Source of the DNA: Balanoglossus misakiensis
Lineage: Eukaryota; Animalia; Hemichordata
NCBI GenBank assembly: GCA_040954595.2
Contig: CM082597.2
Location: forward strand, 4,469,244 to 4,533,243
Direction of reading: 5' to 3'
DNA length: 64,000 bases
The notes beneath the pieces are model-generated. The model was not told the DNA's origin. It made no database searches and worked only from the letters and a program-made list of their open reading frames with translations. Shown here piece by piece: positions 35,501-50,885 of this stretch; the first letter of the stretch is position 1; the number at the start of each line of letters is the position of its first letter. The translations under genes and the position numbers were made by a program.

Positions 35501-38500
35501 TATATAGTTGACACACTAGAGGAATTGTTAACTTGACAGATATTGAACGCCAGCTCCTTGCTCTGACAGAAATTTCCTTCCTACTTTGTAAATAAATTAC
35601 TTATTAAATCTTGAGATATTTACCACTAAATATACCAAAATGCCCAAAATAGGGATAATAAATATATTGGGAAATTTCACAGATTTTGCGTTTGCGGAGG
35701 CGATATCACGTCCGCGTTTTTTCTCTGTCGCGGCAGACACGCGCGGCCAAAGGAAGAAACGGTTAGAAATTCGAAGGTACTGATGGATACTCACAGTGTC
35801 CTAATTTCCTGCACATTCATTCATAGCTACGGCGGCACTGAGTGACCAGGTCAAGCACTGAACATACATATACATCCAGTGGGCCCAGACACCCAGCTTG
35901 CAAAGTCACGGTCCCCACGACGACCGTAACCGGCGACCACGCCGGCCAACGAATCCTCTGTTCAACATGGCGACCTGTAGGCACTGGTGCGGTGATCGGT
36001 CGATGCACAATGCATATGTAACCGGTAAGACCCCGCCACTTGTAGGCAGTGCACTATGGGTTTTGTCATCCACATTTGAAATATTTTCAGACAGTTCAGA
36101 CGCCGGCTGAATACTAATCAGCTAGGTGGTCCTACTGTGTCATTTACGAACGAGGGGTGTGCCAGGCCAGGTCACCGGGTCACAGATCTTAAACTAGCCA
36201 GCCTTTTCATCCGGAACCACCTGAATTATGTCACCATGACAACAATGGTATGACTCACTACAGCCGATGAGTGACCACAATGGACGTCTGGCAGGGCAGT
36301 GACTCCCGCATCTCACCCACAAACGGTTCTCCCCCCCCCCCCTTTCGCAGACACAATGGAACAGTCGACAGCAAAGTTGACAGAGGAAAGAAAAAAACTT
36401 GCACACTAGTCACAGGAAAAATCTGACATATCACTGGGAAGGCGAAGCCGGCTAACGAGCATGCGTTCGACGAGGAAAGTCTACTGACCAATCACGGAAG
36501 AGTCTTGACTTCACTGAATGAACAATGAGCAAGCATTAGATTTTTACAGTGAGACAGTTTCTTGATGAATTGCTCTCGCCGATGTACCCCTCCATCAATT
36601 GTCTAACGACGACATCCACATTATCTCAAATAATTCCAAAAAACGAAAAATGTCTGCTTAAATTTTCAGTGGTTTTTCCATCAGTCGTGATCAATAATTT
36701 AAATCAAATAATTTTATATCATCTGAGCTTGCAACTTAGAAATATAACGCCAACGGTTCAATTTAGCAAAACCCAGAGAAAAAATATCCAGAACATCAAA
36801 ATTTTGGACTACGCACCTCCCATGTAATATACAAGGTCTATGTGTCTGGTATATTACAAACTAAATTAGGTCAAAATGGACATCTTCACAGAAACCCTTT
36901 CAAATCCAATAAGAATGTACGTTATGTAAAACTGCTTCAAGAAAATGAGCTCCCGGAGTAAATCCACCCTCGGATGAAATTACAGTTATCAAAATTCTAC
37001 AAGCAGTCCGAGACAATTACGCGGAGAAACCATATTCCAGACATCACGTTAAATTACCCACATCTCGTGTACGCCTCCCAACGCCAACAGAATCACTCAT
37101 CTGAAATTCTCATTTTTTTATCTTCAGAGGATTTATTTTTTTGCCTCTCTGGCACAGTTGCCTTGGTTTGACCTGCGATTTTTTGTGTGTGTGTGTAGCC
37201 AGTCAGACCACGCAACGAATCAGCAAACAGGGCAAACAAATTAATATACCTGTTTTCTTTCCAGGCACTTATTCATGTCAAACTGCCAGACATTTAAATT
37301 AACCTCTGCTACTTAAATATATCACAGGCAGCTGATTTGAACTTTACTCCGTCTTGTGAATTTTTATCAGAAAAAAAATGTTCTTATATTCTTTATTTTA
37401 TAAAATGCATTCATGACTCATTCAATATTTGAAATAAATTTAAAATATACTGCAAACTGTCACACTGCAGTCTACTGGGAAACGGTTTCAATTAATTTTG
37501 ATCAATACTACAATTTATAAAATAATATAATTATATTGAACCAAAGTAAATTGTGCATACAGCTTAACCTGGTGTCATGGAATATATACATTACCCTTTT
37601 TAAAGAATGTGTATTCTCAAATTTATATATATAGCTTTGTACGTACTTTACCTAGGTCAGCTAACCAGATTTGTACAAAATGGCATTTCTAAGCTGCTTT
37701 GAAACTTCTAGAATGCATCAAACATGGTGGGGAATAAATGCCTCTTTTGAAATAACAGAAACAACGAGAAAAAAAGAAGGTGGAAAAAACAGCTGCTTAT
37801 AAAAGCATTGCGTGTTTTTGTTGACAAAGGCTGACATTTCAAAACGCGATACAGGTCAATCATACCCCATCTTTAACCTACACAAAGCCGGTTTTATTTA
37901 TATAACTGCTTTTTATACAAAGTCGCAAATTTTACTTAAAAATTAACAGATATTAATGAATTATTTAAAAAGATCTAAATAAATTGGTAGTGTAGGATAA
38001 CTTAAGGTCAGAAATGCCCAGAGTTGAAAAACAGAAACGTTTTTGAGGTCAAATTTTGAGTACAATGCGCCAGACACAACAAACACCCGTAACATAGTAA
38101 ATAACACTATAGACTCTGTGACCTTTGACCCAGGGTTTTAGTTACTGCAGATGAGCAAGGGCTGAACAGAAACTTGCCATTCCAAATACTTTTCATACCC
38201 CTCCTATCAAGTTAGTGAAAGCTTTCTCATACGCCTTGATAACATTGTTTCAAACCTATAAAACCACTCCAAGTTCAGTATTATCTTTAAAATCTTTAAA
38301 AATCATAATACCAAAGTTCATATTTTGGTAAGCAAACATCCAATTGCTAAGCAATGGTTCACTACAAATAGCGAACAACGACACTTGCACATGTATGTAA
38401 AATGCATGTGCATCGCATTTTTAAGGTTTGCTTCATTTCATGTTTTCCATTTCTTGAAATCTATATCATGACCAGAATCTGTACATGAACACTGCAGCAT

Positions 38501-39681
38501 TTTAAATGATTTTTATAGCCTCGGCAGAATGGGAGAATAAGGGGCAATGATTGATTTTACAACCCTGAGTTGAATGACTCAGTAGTGGTCGTCTGTGTCT
38601 GAGCCACTCCCCCTATTTTCCCTGTGGTACGGTCCGTGGGTGCTGAGAAAAGAACCAGTGTCTGAACCAAGAGGGAATGCTGATGGGGGTGAGAATAAAC
38701 AGCTATGTTGTCTTTGTTTGTTGTGATTTATTCAATTATTGAACAAGTTGTGTACAGCTGATGCAGATAGCCACTTTGCCTGGGTTTACACAGGGGGGTC
38801 GCAGCCACTTGAAGCAACACCAGCATGCTCTTCCACCTAACAGCCAACCTCCCTCCAGAAGACATTAACAAGTGCAGTGGGGGACTTTTGAGGACAAAAT
38901 TTGCATGACAATACGCACTGACATTTCGCTGGCTACCTTCGGGAATTTAAGTAAAAAATAATACATGTAATTTCACCACAAGGGAAAATGTGTATTTTTC
39001 TTACGCATTATACTGGTACATACCTGCTGAAGGTTCACAAAAAACATCCATACTATTTTTGGACTGAGAATGTGAAAGTGGTAAATCAAGGATTCCTTTA
39101 AACTGTGATAGATTCCTCGGGTCATCAACCTGCGGTCAATTACCTCTGCATGTCACATCTCACAGTCAATTTTATGTGCTTCATGGAGACAATAAATCTC
39201 TCTGGGTACCAATGATTTTATTCCATGCTATACTTTAGGAGTATAAAAAATAAATTGCGCACTGGCATACCAACTACGTACCAACACGCGGCCCCCTGCT
39301 GTCATAGATACGAAACTGCCTGGATATTAAAGGTATTCGGTCACATCTAATTTACATATGCCTATATATGGTCAACAGGGTGTGTCTAACGTTCTAATGA
39401 CCATGTGTCTGCCACCAACTGAAAATCTGTGAATGGTTTAAATTTGTGGTTAAATTTGCATAGATGACTGTATATTAAGAAAGCTTGTCCCAATTTTATT
39501 TCTCAGGCTTTTCCGAAATTAAACCAATGACCTAATCGTAACTAATAATCTCTTCAGAATATTAGATGTCCACAAATCAAGACTATTTTAGTATACATGT
39601 ATACGAGGCAGTGAGATGCTTGTGCACTGTCGTGATTATCTGATGTTAAATTTACGAATCCGGTTTGAGTGAAATTGGTAT

Positions 39682-39717
39682 GTCCCTAAATCTGAGTCAG
39701 TCCCTAAATCTGAGTCA
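39682..39717 (+). repeat. Perfect 18-bp tandem duplication containing AP-1 motif TGAGTCA
   Basis: GTCCCTAAATCTGAGTCA x2. Confidence 0.9.
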
Positions 39718-39886
39718 AGAATTTGCTGAGTGATTAGAGAAGCCAGGATGAATGTGATATCACATATCTTGTTGTATCTGACTGGCTTCGTACGATTTAT
39801 GTCTTTTTACGTCATTTTTTGCATTTAACTGCATTTCACAAATTGAAAAATGAATACAATGAACGGATATCTACCTGACTTACCTA

Positions 39887-39972
39887 GCTTTCACCCCAGT
39901 TCCCTTGTTAGAGATTCAACCTTATCATAGAAAACAATGGGTTTGAACTAAACCATGGGGTGAAAGGGTTAA
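39887..39972. mobile_element. Second copy of the ~90-bp piggyBac-like mini-MITE
   Basis: CTTTCACCCCAG...AGAAAACAATGGGTTTG...ATGGGGTGAAAGGG-TTAA, homologous to 13312-13401. Confidence 0.55.
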
Positions 39973-42900
39973 GAAAGGACACTCAAGGTGACCTTGTATG
40001 CCAAGGTTACCCTCCCCCTCCCCCCCCCCTTTCGCAAACAGAAATAAAACTGGCAATCTTTCTACTTCATTCGAGGCTGGCTGCTCACTTCTGTAACATC
40101 AAAGTATATATAATTAAATTGGCAATATGACCCAGACGCCGTTTCAAGCTAATCCCCTCAACCTGGTAAATATCACCACGTATCACCCCGTAAAATTTGC
40201 CGAAGTTCCCCTGGGCAAAGACCAATTCTTTAAAGAAAAGTGCAAAACACGATACTACACTGAGATTCTCATTATTCCATTATTTCCAAATCCATTCAAT
40301 GATTCATTTTTCAGAGTGCTTTCCCTAGACAGTAAGTGTACGTGTGAACACTGCGAGCTGAGTTGAGGCAAGTGGGATGATGAAATCACAAATGGAACAC
40401 AGTGACTCCCACTCATTATTACAGAGAATTTTTTTTACTGAGTTACTGTCTACCTGATAATCCAAATTAATTTTGGACGGCTTCACATACCAGGTAAACA
40501 CACAGTGATATTGTTCAGAGCGTTACCCTTGCAGGTAAAATACTTCCAGGTTCCGCAGTCATTTCACTGGGGTTTCCCTTAGCGCACCGTTGTAACAATT
40601 CATGACCAGAAACAAGTATTTTTTTTTTTTGGGGGGGGGGGGGGGGCGCCTTATGAAAAAAAACAATAGCAAGGCATCATTACATTATTGTGTCACTACA
40701 TGTCGTTGTAAGAATTGGACACTGGGCTTTCGAAGAGATCATAATTTCTTAATCTCTAAAGGCTGTATTATCAATGGCCGCTTAGTCTTGACTTAGAGGG
40801 CGCACTTCATCACTGGAGTGCCATTTTGACTGAGAGGGCGCACTACATTCTGCGGTGAGCCATACTGTCTTCGAATTTAGTGACGTGTCAGGTTCACCGA
40901 CTTGAAGAATATTATTTTGACTTCGAGATATAATCACCAGTGGTGTGGTGTTAAAGACACACGAACAAGTATAAATGTGTCATCATTTATACCTGCGTAT
41001 TGCCCTTAACAAAAAAACACAGAATCCAAACTATGGTGGACAACTATGCAGTAAAATTGCATCGGATGGTTTCATTTCAGGACTGGCCCTCATTGTTTCT
41101 CGCAACTTACAAGCTTGAAGTGCAATGACGTGTGACCAAGTGGTGTATTTGACACCGGGGTTACTAGAATGTTGACTGATAAAAGAACATTAATTTTGCT
41201 ACTTAATAGTGAACCCCACCTGTAATGAGGCATACCAGTATCCTAGCAACATAACCTAAGGGGGTGTACCACCCATGGAAATTAAACTGTCTGATTGCTC
41301 AGGCTTTACATCCATGGGTCTGTGTGTTTAACCTTTCCACATAATTTTAACGCATATAAGCCCTTGCAACCAAAACATTGAAAACGGTACATCTTTATGA
41401 AAAAAAAAAACTGATATGAAATAGAAAGAGATATCTGCACAATAAAGGTAGTATCAAACATAATTAATAGATAAAGGGCAGCTAGAGAGAGACTTTGTCC
41501 CTTTAAGTGAATTTTTTTCTACATCAGTCATGAAGTAAAAATAAAATATTATTTTAGGCAAAACTAATCAATCGGGCCAAAAATAATCATCGTGTCTGAT
41601 CTCAATGTTTGTGACAGGTAATACCAGACACTGACAGGTCGATTTGTCTTTATCCTCTCGGCTAGTAAATGGAGACAAAGCTTGAATATTATGGCGTATC
41701 TGCGTCTGCATACAAATTACTATACAAGATCTCAACATGTTCATTGAGAACACACATATTCTTCAAATGCAAAGCGATTAAACTTCTCATTTTTTTACAT
41801 TGTCTGCTGCTGACACTACCCTCTTATTTCAACTGTTTTGGGGGAAAAATAAAATTTGATTATATCAAAAATAGCCTGCCATTTTTTTTACAAATAGGTC
41901 AACTCGAACTTCTGTATATAAACAAGTTACAAATAACTTGATAAATGTATTCTGGTTTTAAAAGGAATTCTTTTATTACAGTAGAAAGGAATCTAGTTCA
42001 CCAGCTGGACAATGCCACATAAAAAGCCTTCAATTTCTAGTTAGGCACGACAGCCGCCATCTTTCATGGGTATTTTGTCTCTGATTGTACAAGAGTGACC
42101 AACCGTACCAGTGACATGCATGTCTTTCTGGTACATGGCTCAGCACTGCTCATATAGGTACAACACTTCATATTTGAAAAGCTTTCAGTAACAATGGTAT
42201 GTGCACACAACACCTGCCCTAATGCTGGCCCCCCGAGACTACAATTCCCTTCAAACACTTTTCCTCCGATTTTGTGAAATTTTCTCTGAAAATTAGCATA
42301 ATTTTCCTCCAAATAGTCATAAAAGTGTCATCTTAACTTACCAGTATGAGCAGAATTTGCAATTATGGTAAAATTTCAGAAAAGTGGCACTGTCCGTTAA
42401 AAAGTTTAAAAAAATTTTGGCGGTAAAATAGTGAAGGTTGCAAACATATGACGTCATCGCAAGAGGGTCTTTCACATTGCTTTACCGCCCAAATTTCTTC
42501 CTTCTGAAATCTTACACCTTGACTATGTTTGCTTGCTTTTATCACAGATTGACAGGTGCTCTACCCTTTCATAACCACAATTTGGAATAACCCATATGTT
42601 CTCTATGGCATGGCCAGAACAATTCACAGAAAATGGGGATGAACAGTTAAAAAACGTGGTACTATGATGTACTCGATACAAAGTCATCATATATCTCCTT
42701 CAAACACATGGACAGGTCTGTGTGACATGCAATCATATCTGGGCTGTCTCATGCAATCATACTGCCTTGGTATTAGTGTCTTACAGCGGGACCTGTCTAA
42801 ATTATTAATTTGGCGAATATTGATCTCCCGTTTGACAAGAAATTTTGCCATTTGTTAAGTCAATAGCACACGTGGCGCGTCCAGCTGTCTTTGAAAAAAA

Positions 42901-45182
42901 GGGCGTCATGTCGCCAGACTTCAAGTTCAATATATCGGTTTGGTTTCACCGTTACAACTGCCTAACGCTTCAAATAGTTTTCAGACGTCAAAAGAAACTC
43001 TTCTGAGAAATAATCAGGCTTTTGACAGAACTAGAGTCGCTAAGATGTAACAAATTTGGCAGAAATATGTGCAATCCGCGATGACCACGTAACATGGCAC
43101 ATACTGAGGTCGCTTCGATGGCGTGCTCTGTGATAAAGGTATGTACATTAAAGCGCGGTGTGTCTCCACAACCAACAGGAAGTCGACGAACAAATACGGA
43201 AAGCAGAAACCAACCTCCTGACAGCCATGCCGGTCGAGGCATTCCCGATAAACCGGACCACCGGAATGTTGAACTCCTGACATCCACCGGAATACAACCA
43301 CCAGAGTTCACTGTCCGGAAAAAAAAAATTCCTCCAGAGGTTTTCTGACAGCCGGGGTGCGTGGACCTAGTATCCTGAAGACAAAACCTCTTTCTATATT
43401 ACGTAATATGTCTAGACGTAGTGGCCCTGTCATGAGAATAATCAAACATGGGATAAACCAGCTGATGCCCTTGAACATGAATTAGTCTGTACTGTACTGT
43501 CAACTCACTGCATGTACTATATAATAGGCTTTCTCAAAAAACTCAATCATCACTGGAAGGCAATTTGATTTACTTGCATTTCTAGAAGCCTTAAGGATGT
43601 ATGACAGGTAAAGAAAGTATTCTATCAGTGTCAGATCTGTGGGTAATGTTTCATGGTTTTATCAAAAATCTATATTAAAATTAGACAGTACAATAATCTA
43701 GGTCACTGTACTTTAGCATTGTTGGAAAATTGTTACAACAAGAACCAATCAAATGCCATGGCAAAACTAAGCAAATGACACAACCAAAAGTAACCAATCA
43801 GATGACACTAAACTAAGTACAAGTAGGAAACAGCCAACACCAAAATTGCCAAGGTTAGCCTGACCTCAAACTATACAAGCTGGATTTATCATATATCATA
43901 ACATCGTCGTAAAACCACGACCTGTTTACGGCAACTACTACGCGCTACCGCCAACAGGCCGTGGTGGATTTGGAAGGTTTTCGCGGATCCCAGCGTCAGT
44001 TCCAGCAGCCAGACAAAGGAACCAATCAGAGAGCCCGTCTCATAAAACTGCATAACTTATTTAAATGACAGTGCAAAATGGCGGATTTAAAGCTGACAGC
44101 AGCCGAAGAGCTCGCGATAAAACGACTACTGATTGGCTAATTCCAATGTCGTTTCTCATGAATAATTCATTAGTCTACGTCCTAAATTCCGGGGTTCCCT
44201 ACTGTAATCTGCCAGAGCCCGTTTTTTGCGTAGCTCCGCGGAGCGGAAACACGGTCGGCTCTGGCTTGCGAGAATGATATCATAAATACTAAACTCAATA
44301 TCCTGCCACAGAATACTACAGTATTTCTAAGGTTTCAGCGGATGCTTACATACATGTCACAGCGAGGTGGATTTCATAAAATTCTCTGTGTATCAATTGT
44401 AGGCAGACACTGACAGGTTGTCAGTAAAAATTCAGGAAAAGTAGGGCTAGGATATTACAAACAGAAACATTTTATTTCAAAAAAATCATTGATATTCCAG
44501 TAGATTTTGCAGCAACTTTCATGACCGGTTGCATAAATGTACCTGACCTGATTCCAAGATTATTAATCACATATCAGAGAATGTCAGTCTTCGGCTAGAT
44601 GTGGCTAGTCTGGTGTGAAATAAGAGAATATAGGCCCATCTTCCTCTCTTACAAAATTGTCTGGCATTTTTTCTTCCAGTAGAATCAAACTCAGATCAGA
44701 ACCGGTGAGCTGGCTGATGAATGGAGGGACCCGAAGAAGTCTTCCCATCGGCAACCGATGACAAATCGCATCGTTCAGAGGAAAACACGTGACAGACCTC
44801 TTCCAGAAAATGATCACGGTGCGGCCATGATAGAGAATCGACATAGGAAGGGCAAGAATCGTGAAAATAAAAGCACGACAAGAGGCTTTATCCACTCCTT
44901 CACCAGTACAGCTGGCCACACCAGAACATACTGGCTTTGTTACGAGGGAAAAATAGTCAACTGATGAAAATACAGCAAAACATGACTGCCTGCAGTAGAC
45001 ACACTCAGGGCTGTCACATCCCTACAAAGGACTGTAGTAAGAAAGCATGGCCGACTACACTTTTATCAAGTGACATGACTTTCATACACCCCTGTCTATG
45101 GTGACAGATATCCCCTTTCTGAGAACTGACAGCGAGGTACCGATCGAACAAAGACACACGACAAGAGAAGCAGCGAGCTTAC

Positions 45183-45345
45183 CGTGTCTCAAAGCGGTCG
45201 ACGACTGAAGGGAGAGTTGGGAGATCCTGCATTGACACGAAGCGTTGGCGGGAAACGGTGATGAGGTCGACCACTTTACTCCCGGGTCACGCAAATCATT
45301 TAGGGTCAAACGACGGACAGATGGAGGGCGCTGATTGGTGGACGG
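45183..45345 (-). promoter_or_regulatory. Candidate alternative promoter/first exon of the host gene
   Basis: CpG-rich. CCAAT (CTGATTGG, ~45331), GGGTCA half-sites, E2F TTGGCGGGAAA (45245-45255), and donor ACG|GTAAGC at 45182. Confidence 0.35.
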
Positions 45346-48300
45346 ACGGTTGAAACGCACAAATTTTGCAGAAGCAACGAATTAAAATCTAGTACAGACA
45401 AAAATCCGGGGACAAGATATATGCTACATTAAAATAAAGATTTAATATGTTCTTTGACTGTATGACAAATTGTACGGTTGTAAAAGTTGCAGACGACAAG
45501 CGAGTGACGCCCCCCCCCCCCCCCAGACATATTACTCTTGACCTGTGATTACATTCGACTCTTTACACAACCACCCCCGCAAAGCTCAATCCCACGACTT
45601 AAACCTATAATATATTGACCCCATCAGAATACCTTGTGGGTTGATCCCCTCCCCATCATCACATGGTACAGTCCAAATTATGACCATTTTGGGTTTTAAA
45701 TCAGTTTATAAAGTTTCTCTGGCACTCTCAGTTTTTTCATGAAAAAGAGGTGGAGAAGTTCAAGACAGGGTTTACTTTTAAATTATTTGTTCCTCAAATT
45801 GCCATCAATGTAATCAGAACTAGAAAATAAATTGAGACTTCAAACTGTTCACGGCATATCACAAGGCAATTAACCCTTGATAATTTATTGGGACACTAAA
45901 TGAAACCTTTTGGCAACTTTCAGTATTTCTGTTCTGCATATCAACTAGTTTATTGTTCTGCTCTCTACAAAATATGCTGCAGCAACTTCATGGCACGCAA
46001 ATGCACTGGAGGAAACAAGAACACACAAACACAAAAGCAAGGCATTATGGGAAACTTTTCCCATAGATACTGTCTGATGAACTCAAATCAAACCTGTTAT
46101 CAAGTTGGGGCTACTCTTCAATTTCATTCCTGACTGTCAAGAAGAACTGTACCTATAAAAAAACACAGCTGTGAAAATCATTTTATATCTGCATCACAAA
46201 AATACACTATATTCACTGAAATACACTGATTGATGAAACCAGAAATTTATTCCCATTTTCAGGAACTTCCCCTACCATCAATATCCTATTCAATAAAAGC
46301 TGACCCACACATGTTCCAGAAACACAAAAGCCGACACTGGAAACATTGACAATTAATCATCAAATTCATGAGTGTAGCAGCCCAATAAAATGTCTAATCC
46401 AGGCTGGTGTATAATTTTCATGTGTTAAATTTATACAAACTGTTTTCACAGCTGCTGACCCTATCTCAGAACGAAACTTTCCTAATGCATCAAAATTTGT
46501 CTAAATCGCCTGATTTAGTTTCAGATCTTTCTTCTGTATATTATATAAGCTTTAAATATTCAGTAATCAGCTTCCCAGAGTTTTGGCTCACCCCCCCCCC
46601 CTCCCCTCGCTATCCCATACCAGCAACAGCCATCTTTTGTAAATAATGATTCATGATCACGTTAGAGGTACCAGCCCAGCTAAAAATAGTTGCTGTCAGT
46701 CTGACCCAGACAGGTACCTTTTGACAACTTAACAAGTAATTTTTGAAATTACTGACTGCTCCAAAACGACAAAAAATGTACAGCCAAAAAAATAAAAAAA
46801 ATAAACTGGATAGACAGAACATGACAAACTCTCAGTAACACACATAGGACCCAGTCTGACACAAGACCAGCTGGGATGTTTGACTGGATTAAAAATTTAT
46901 TTTTACAGAAACAGTAACTTTATACATATATCAAGGGCCAATTTAGACTAAAATACCAATAAGATCTTAGTACAATCGAACTTAACACTTCCCCACTAGC
47001 CAAAGAACCAGCCATTTAGGGGTCATATTTTACCGAAGAAATCGCCATTAATTGCCTCTTAATCTATTCTACAAGTAACCAAACCCTAGTTTGTATAAAT
47101 TGATCCGACCTGAACAAGGAATTATTTTGTTTTATTTATGTCAAGTCAAAACTGTCATGGACTCCTATGGGCCGGGTTACACTTGGGGACACTGTCCGAC
47201 ATCGGAATTGCTAGAGAAAATGCTCGATGCAAACTATCTTATTTAAATTCCTAACCCCTGGCTCTCCGATGTTTCACTCTAAATAAAGCAAGTAATGTGA
47301 AATCCGAGAATCCTATAAAACTTTCTGCAGACTAAACAATCTTTCCCGGCGTTTGTTCGTTCGAAGTTGAGGGAGAAAACTATAATTACGTACGGTTTTC
47401 AACAACAACACAAATGCGGAAGAAAGTTTATGGTGGGCGCCATCTTGGATTTTGATCAGGGGCTTATGACCGTCAGTGCAACATGCACCCAGACGACCAT
47501 TTCATCTCTCCCTTTCTCGTTTACAAGAATATCGCTAGCTTGTTTTGATATTCTAAAATAAACATATTAAGCGACGACATAAGACTAGATTATACGGTGA
47601 TTTCACCGGTCAGATCGCCAGAAAGTGGCTGGAAATGCGTGAAAATTTTTGCAACACAAGCTTGGCTAGTCGATTTCAACCAACGCTCTCCTCGCTGATT
47701 TATCAGACCTGTGCATAACATACACTTCGCTATAATACTTTTCTGACAACCGTTTGATATTTGGAAAGTCAGACATGAAAAACCATGTATCGTCCTACAC
47801 AAGCACGTCTCACAGCTAATATAAACATTATTTTTAGCGCCAAACCGCGATAAATGATGCCGACTCGATCAGAGCCTAGCTAGCCTACACCGACGACGCG
47901 CAAATTATAGTGTACAAATACGAACTACCCCACATTTAAAATAAACATCACTCCGTCTCCGGAACCCCAAACTTCGCCCCAATTTTCATGATAAAAATTA
48001 AATATCTACAGAATACCGTGCATCACACGAACAACCTACGAACTCGAGGGAAAAGTCAAAAATCGCTCAAGGAAAGCGACATACATTTGCAACGAACATT
48101 AAAATTTACACGGTGCGCCACACCTATGATGAAGAATAAGTACAAGTCTGATTTTATCCTTCTGAATTCCGAGTACTTAACCTCGCATACGAATCTATTT
48201 TCTAATTACCATGTATATGTCCTTCCCATTTTAAAATGCCATCGCATTTTGGGACTGGAAATTACAGGAAATTCCGAAACATACCTAGCCGCGCGTCGGT

Positions 48301-49522
48301 AATTATCTAAGATAGCCATTTCCATTTCACCAAACATCCTGAAATTGACGCATGCTTGCAATCCAGTGAAACTATCGGTATGGAGGTTCAACAAACCTAT
48401 CAATTTTGGCGGTTTTTCCACCGGAAAAAAAAGTATCAGATCAGATCTGCAGACAATTTCAAAACTCACAATGCTACTCTCGGTGACCCAGACATGAACC
48501 CGCGCTGTTCCGCATTGCAAATATTATTTGCGTCTTCAGCTTGGCAATGTTCCACAACATAAAGTCTACCACAAGATTCCACGTGTTTGTGGTATGTACT
48601 GGACATCAGACGCCTTCGAAACCCACGTCGGGCTGTTAAAATTATATATTTTTCTTCATTGCTTCATAGATTCTCCAGACAACTTAGTATAGTCTCAAAA
48701 TTCGCGCGTAAAACCAGGAAATGTAGGGCATGACCGGTAAAATACAAATAATGACCTCCTTTCTACATTTTGGCACGCGACTCCAAATATTTTGTTGATA
48801 TAAATTATAAATTTCGTATTTTGGCCAGTTTTGCAAACGGTAGCAGACTCAGTTATACATTTAAGAGTTTACAGACACTCACAATTTCTCCTCTATATAT
48901 ATGTACCCTAAATATTATCAAAGCGATCAGAAATTTAGTATATTCAGTGAAGTGATATATTATCTTCTCAGCACACAAGTACCGGTTGCAGTTTTAAAAT
49001 TTAAGTGGTTCCCGTTGAACTTAAACTCTCACCAAAAATCGTTTGTCATGTCCAGTTTATAGACTATAGATCAGAATAAAGAGGCGGAGAATCATAGAAA
49101 GGGTTCTCTATATTCAACACGATATCTGTCGATGGAGTCCACCACTTTCATTCTGGCTCGGACATTGCTAAAAATAAACCCGGCTTTTCATAAACGAATG
49201 CGGACATATATTTTGTTTAATTTAGGGAATAACCTGTCTGTTTCTGCGTAAGAATAAGAATTTTTAAAACATCACTAGTTGATATTACACTGAGAACATG
49301 CTGATCAAACTCCCAGCTGTACAAATATGATATATACGTTAAAAAAATTTGAACTGTCTGAGGTACCGGGTTTGTGATTTTTTAAGTAGTAGATTTCAGA
49401 TTAACAGAAAAAGGATGTCTACTGCCGCTCGAATCGTGCGATTTACGAAAAAAAATCTTGCTGAAACGCGATCCAGGGAAATCTGTGATATGGCTTAATT
49501 TCAAATATTGTCAACGACTTAC

Positions 49523-49715
49523 CGGCAAGCAATCGGGACGCCAACGGTCTCTATAATAGTACTTGACAGACCGGCTGTGAACAGCTGAGTGGGGCGACCA
49601 GACAAGGCGACCCCTCGCCACAAGCGAGCTGACATTGACTATATGCAAATTAGAGATACGACCGCCCGCGGGTTGTGGGAGTCTGGATTAGTTTCAATCC
49701 CGGCCATTGGCTGGT
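49523..49715 (-). promoter_or_regulatory. Candidate distal promoter/first exon of the host gene
   Basis: Donor CCG|GTAAGT at 49522. Upstream octamer ATGCAAAT (~49643) and CCAAT (CCATTGGCT, ~49703) in a CpG-rich island. Confidence 0.35.
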
Positions 49716-50672
49716 CCTTCTAAAAGACCTAGTACCGAATACTTGGGAAAATTACCGGCCATTCGTAAATTAGCTTTAATAACACCATCTAGCAGTCTGC
49801 AAATATTTTGATATTTCCGTCGAAATAATGAAAATGCACAGGCTGTATCACCAGACAGGCAGACGACGCGTCAATTCTCCCAACCTGTTGTCACTGTTGA
49901 AAAGAGATGGGCGGGCGAAAAAACCATTCAGCGCTGCAGCCAAATGGTCACGTCTGTCAATCAGACTGACACCTCGCTTCGCCAGACGTCTAAAAAAACG
50001 GTAAATGCAAAAGAGGGCAATACGGCCGCTTGAGATGCGGTACTTCGCCATATCAAGAAAGTAGGTCGCGTCGAATCACTTTCAAACATTTCGAGCGCCC
50101 GCGTCCCCGTTACTATAACAACACGGTGAACCTACACGCTAGCGCTATCAGCATGATGTAACATACACATACGGCGCGCGCGACCAGCTGGTTACTATTT
50201 AGCATGGTACGCTATGATACCAAGGTGCGTAAAGCATGCGTTGAGGGTTGTATAACCAACCGTTATATTAATAGAAATTAGCTGTGAACTGTACAAAGTA
50301 GATTCACAGTTAGGATTAAAACAATAGCTGCTAATCAAGAACGTACTTGATCAACAAACCTGCGAAAGCGCCATTACGTAACATTACAAAATAATCGACA
50401 TGTCTACGTTCGGCGCATGCTGTCTGGTCGTGACGCGTATGACGCCGGTTCTTTGCTAAAACACTGCGAGCATCGATAAACCCGAACCGTCCAATCCAAG
50501 CATGATGGTTTGCCCGACACGGTCGACTTTACATGTCTGTTAACAACCTCAGTGCATGCAGTGGGTCTGATATTTCGTGGCACGAGTCAGTCCCAATCAG
50601 CACGCGACTGGGAGCAAGCTATGTACAGCCCTAACTCGCAGCGTTATTTATGGGGTATAGGCTCTACTACAT

Positions 50673-50885
50673 TGTTTTATCCGATATTTTCCGTGTTTTA
50701 TCCGATATTTTCCGTTTGCCATACATGCAATTCAAGTTCTCAGCTCATCACACACACCTTTGGAGCAAATCAATCAATCAATCATTCAATCGATCGATCA
50801 ACCAATACAAACAAACAAACAAAGAATAAATAAATAATAAATAAATAAGTAAGTAAATAAATAAAGCAATCAATCAATCAATGTA
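50673..50885. repeat. 21-bp tandem duplication followed by compound (CAAT)n/(AAAC)n/(AAAT)n microsatellite
   Basis: TGTTTTATCCGATATTTTCCG x2, then tetranucleotide runs at 50770-50885. Confidence 0.85.

Noticed and set aside
40793-40845. Paired AGAGGGCGCACT motifs (also ~21850 and ~54312) as CTCF sites
   Set aside because: Only the 3' half of the core matches, so too weak to call without a matrix scan.
50189-50260. Short stem-loop containing ACCAAGGTG (resembles the start of miR-2011)
   Set aside because: The stem is too short and interrupted, the motif lies in the loop, and the 3' part does not match.
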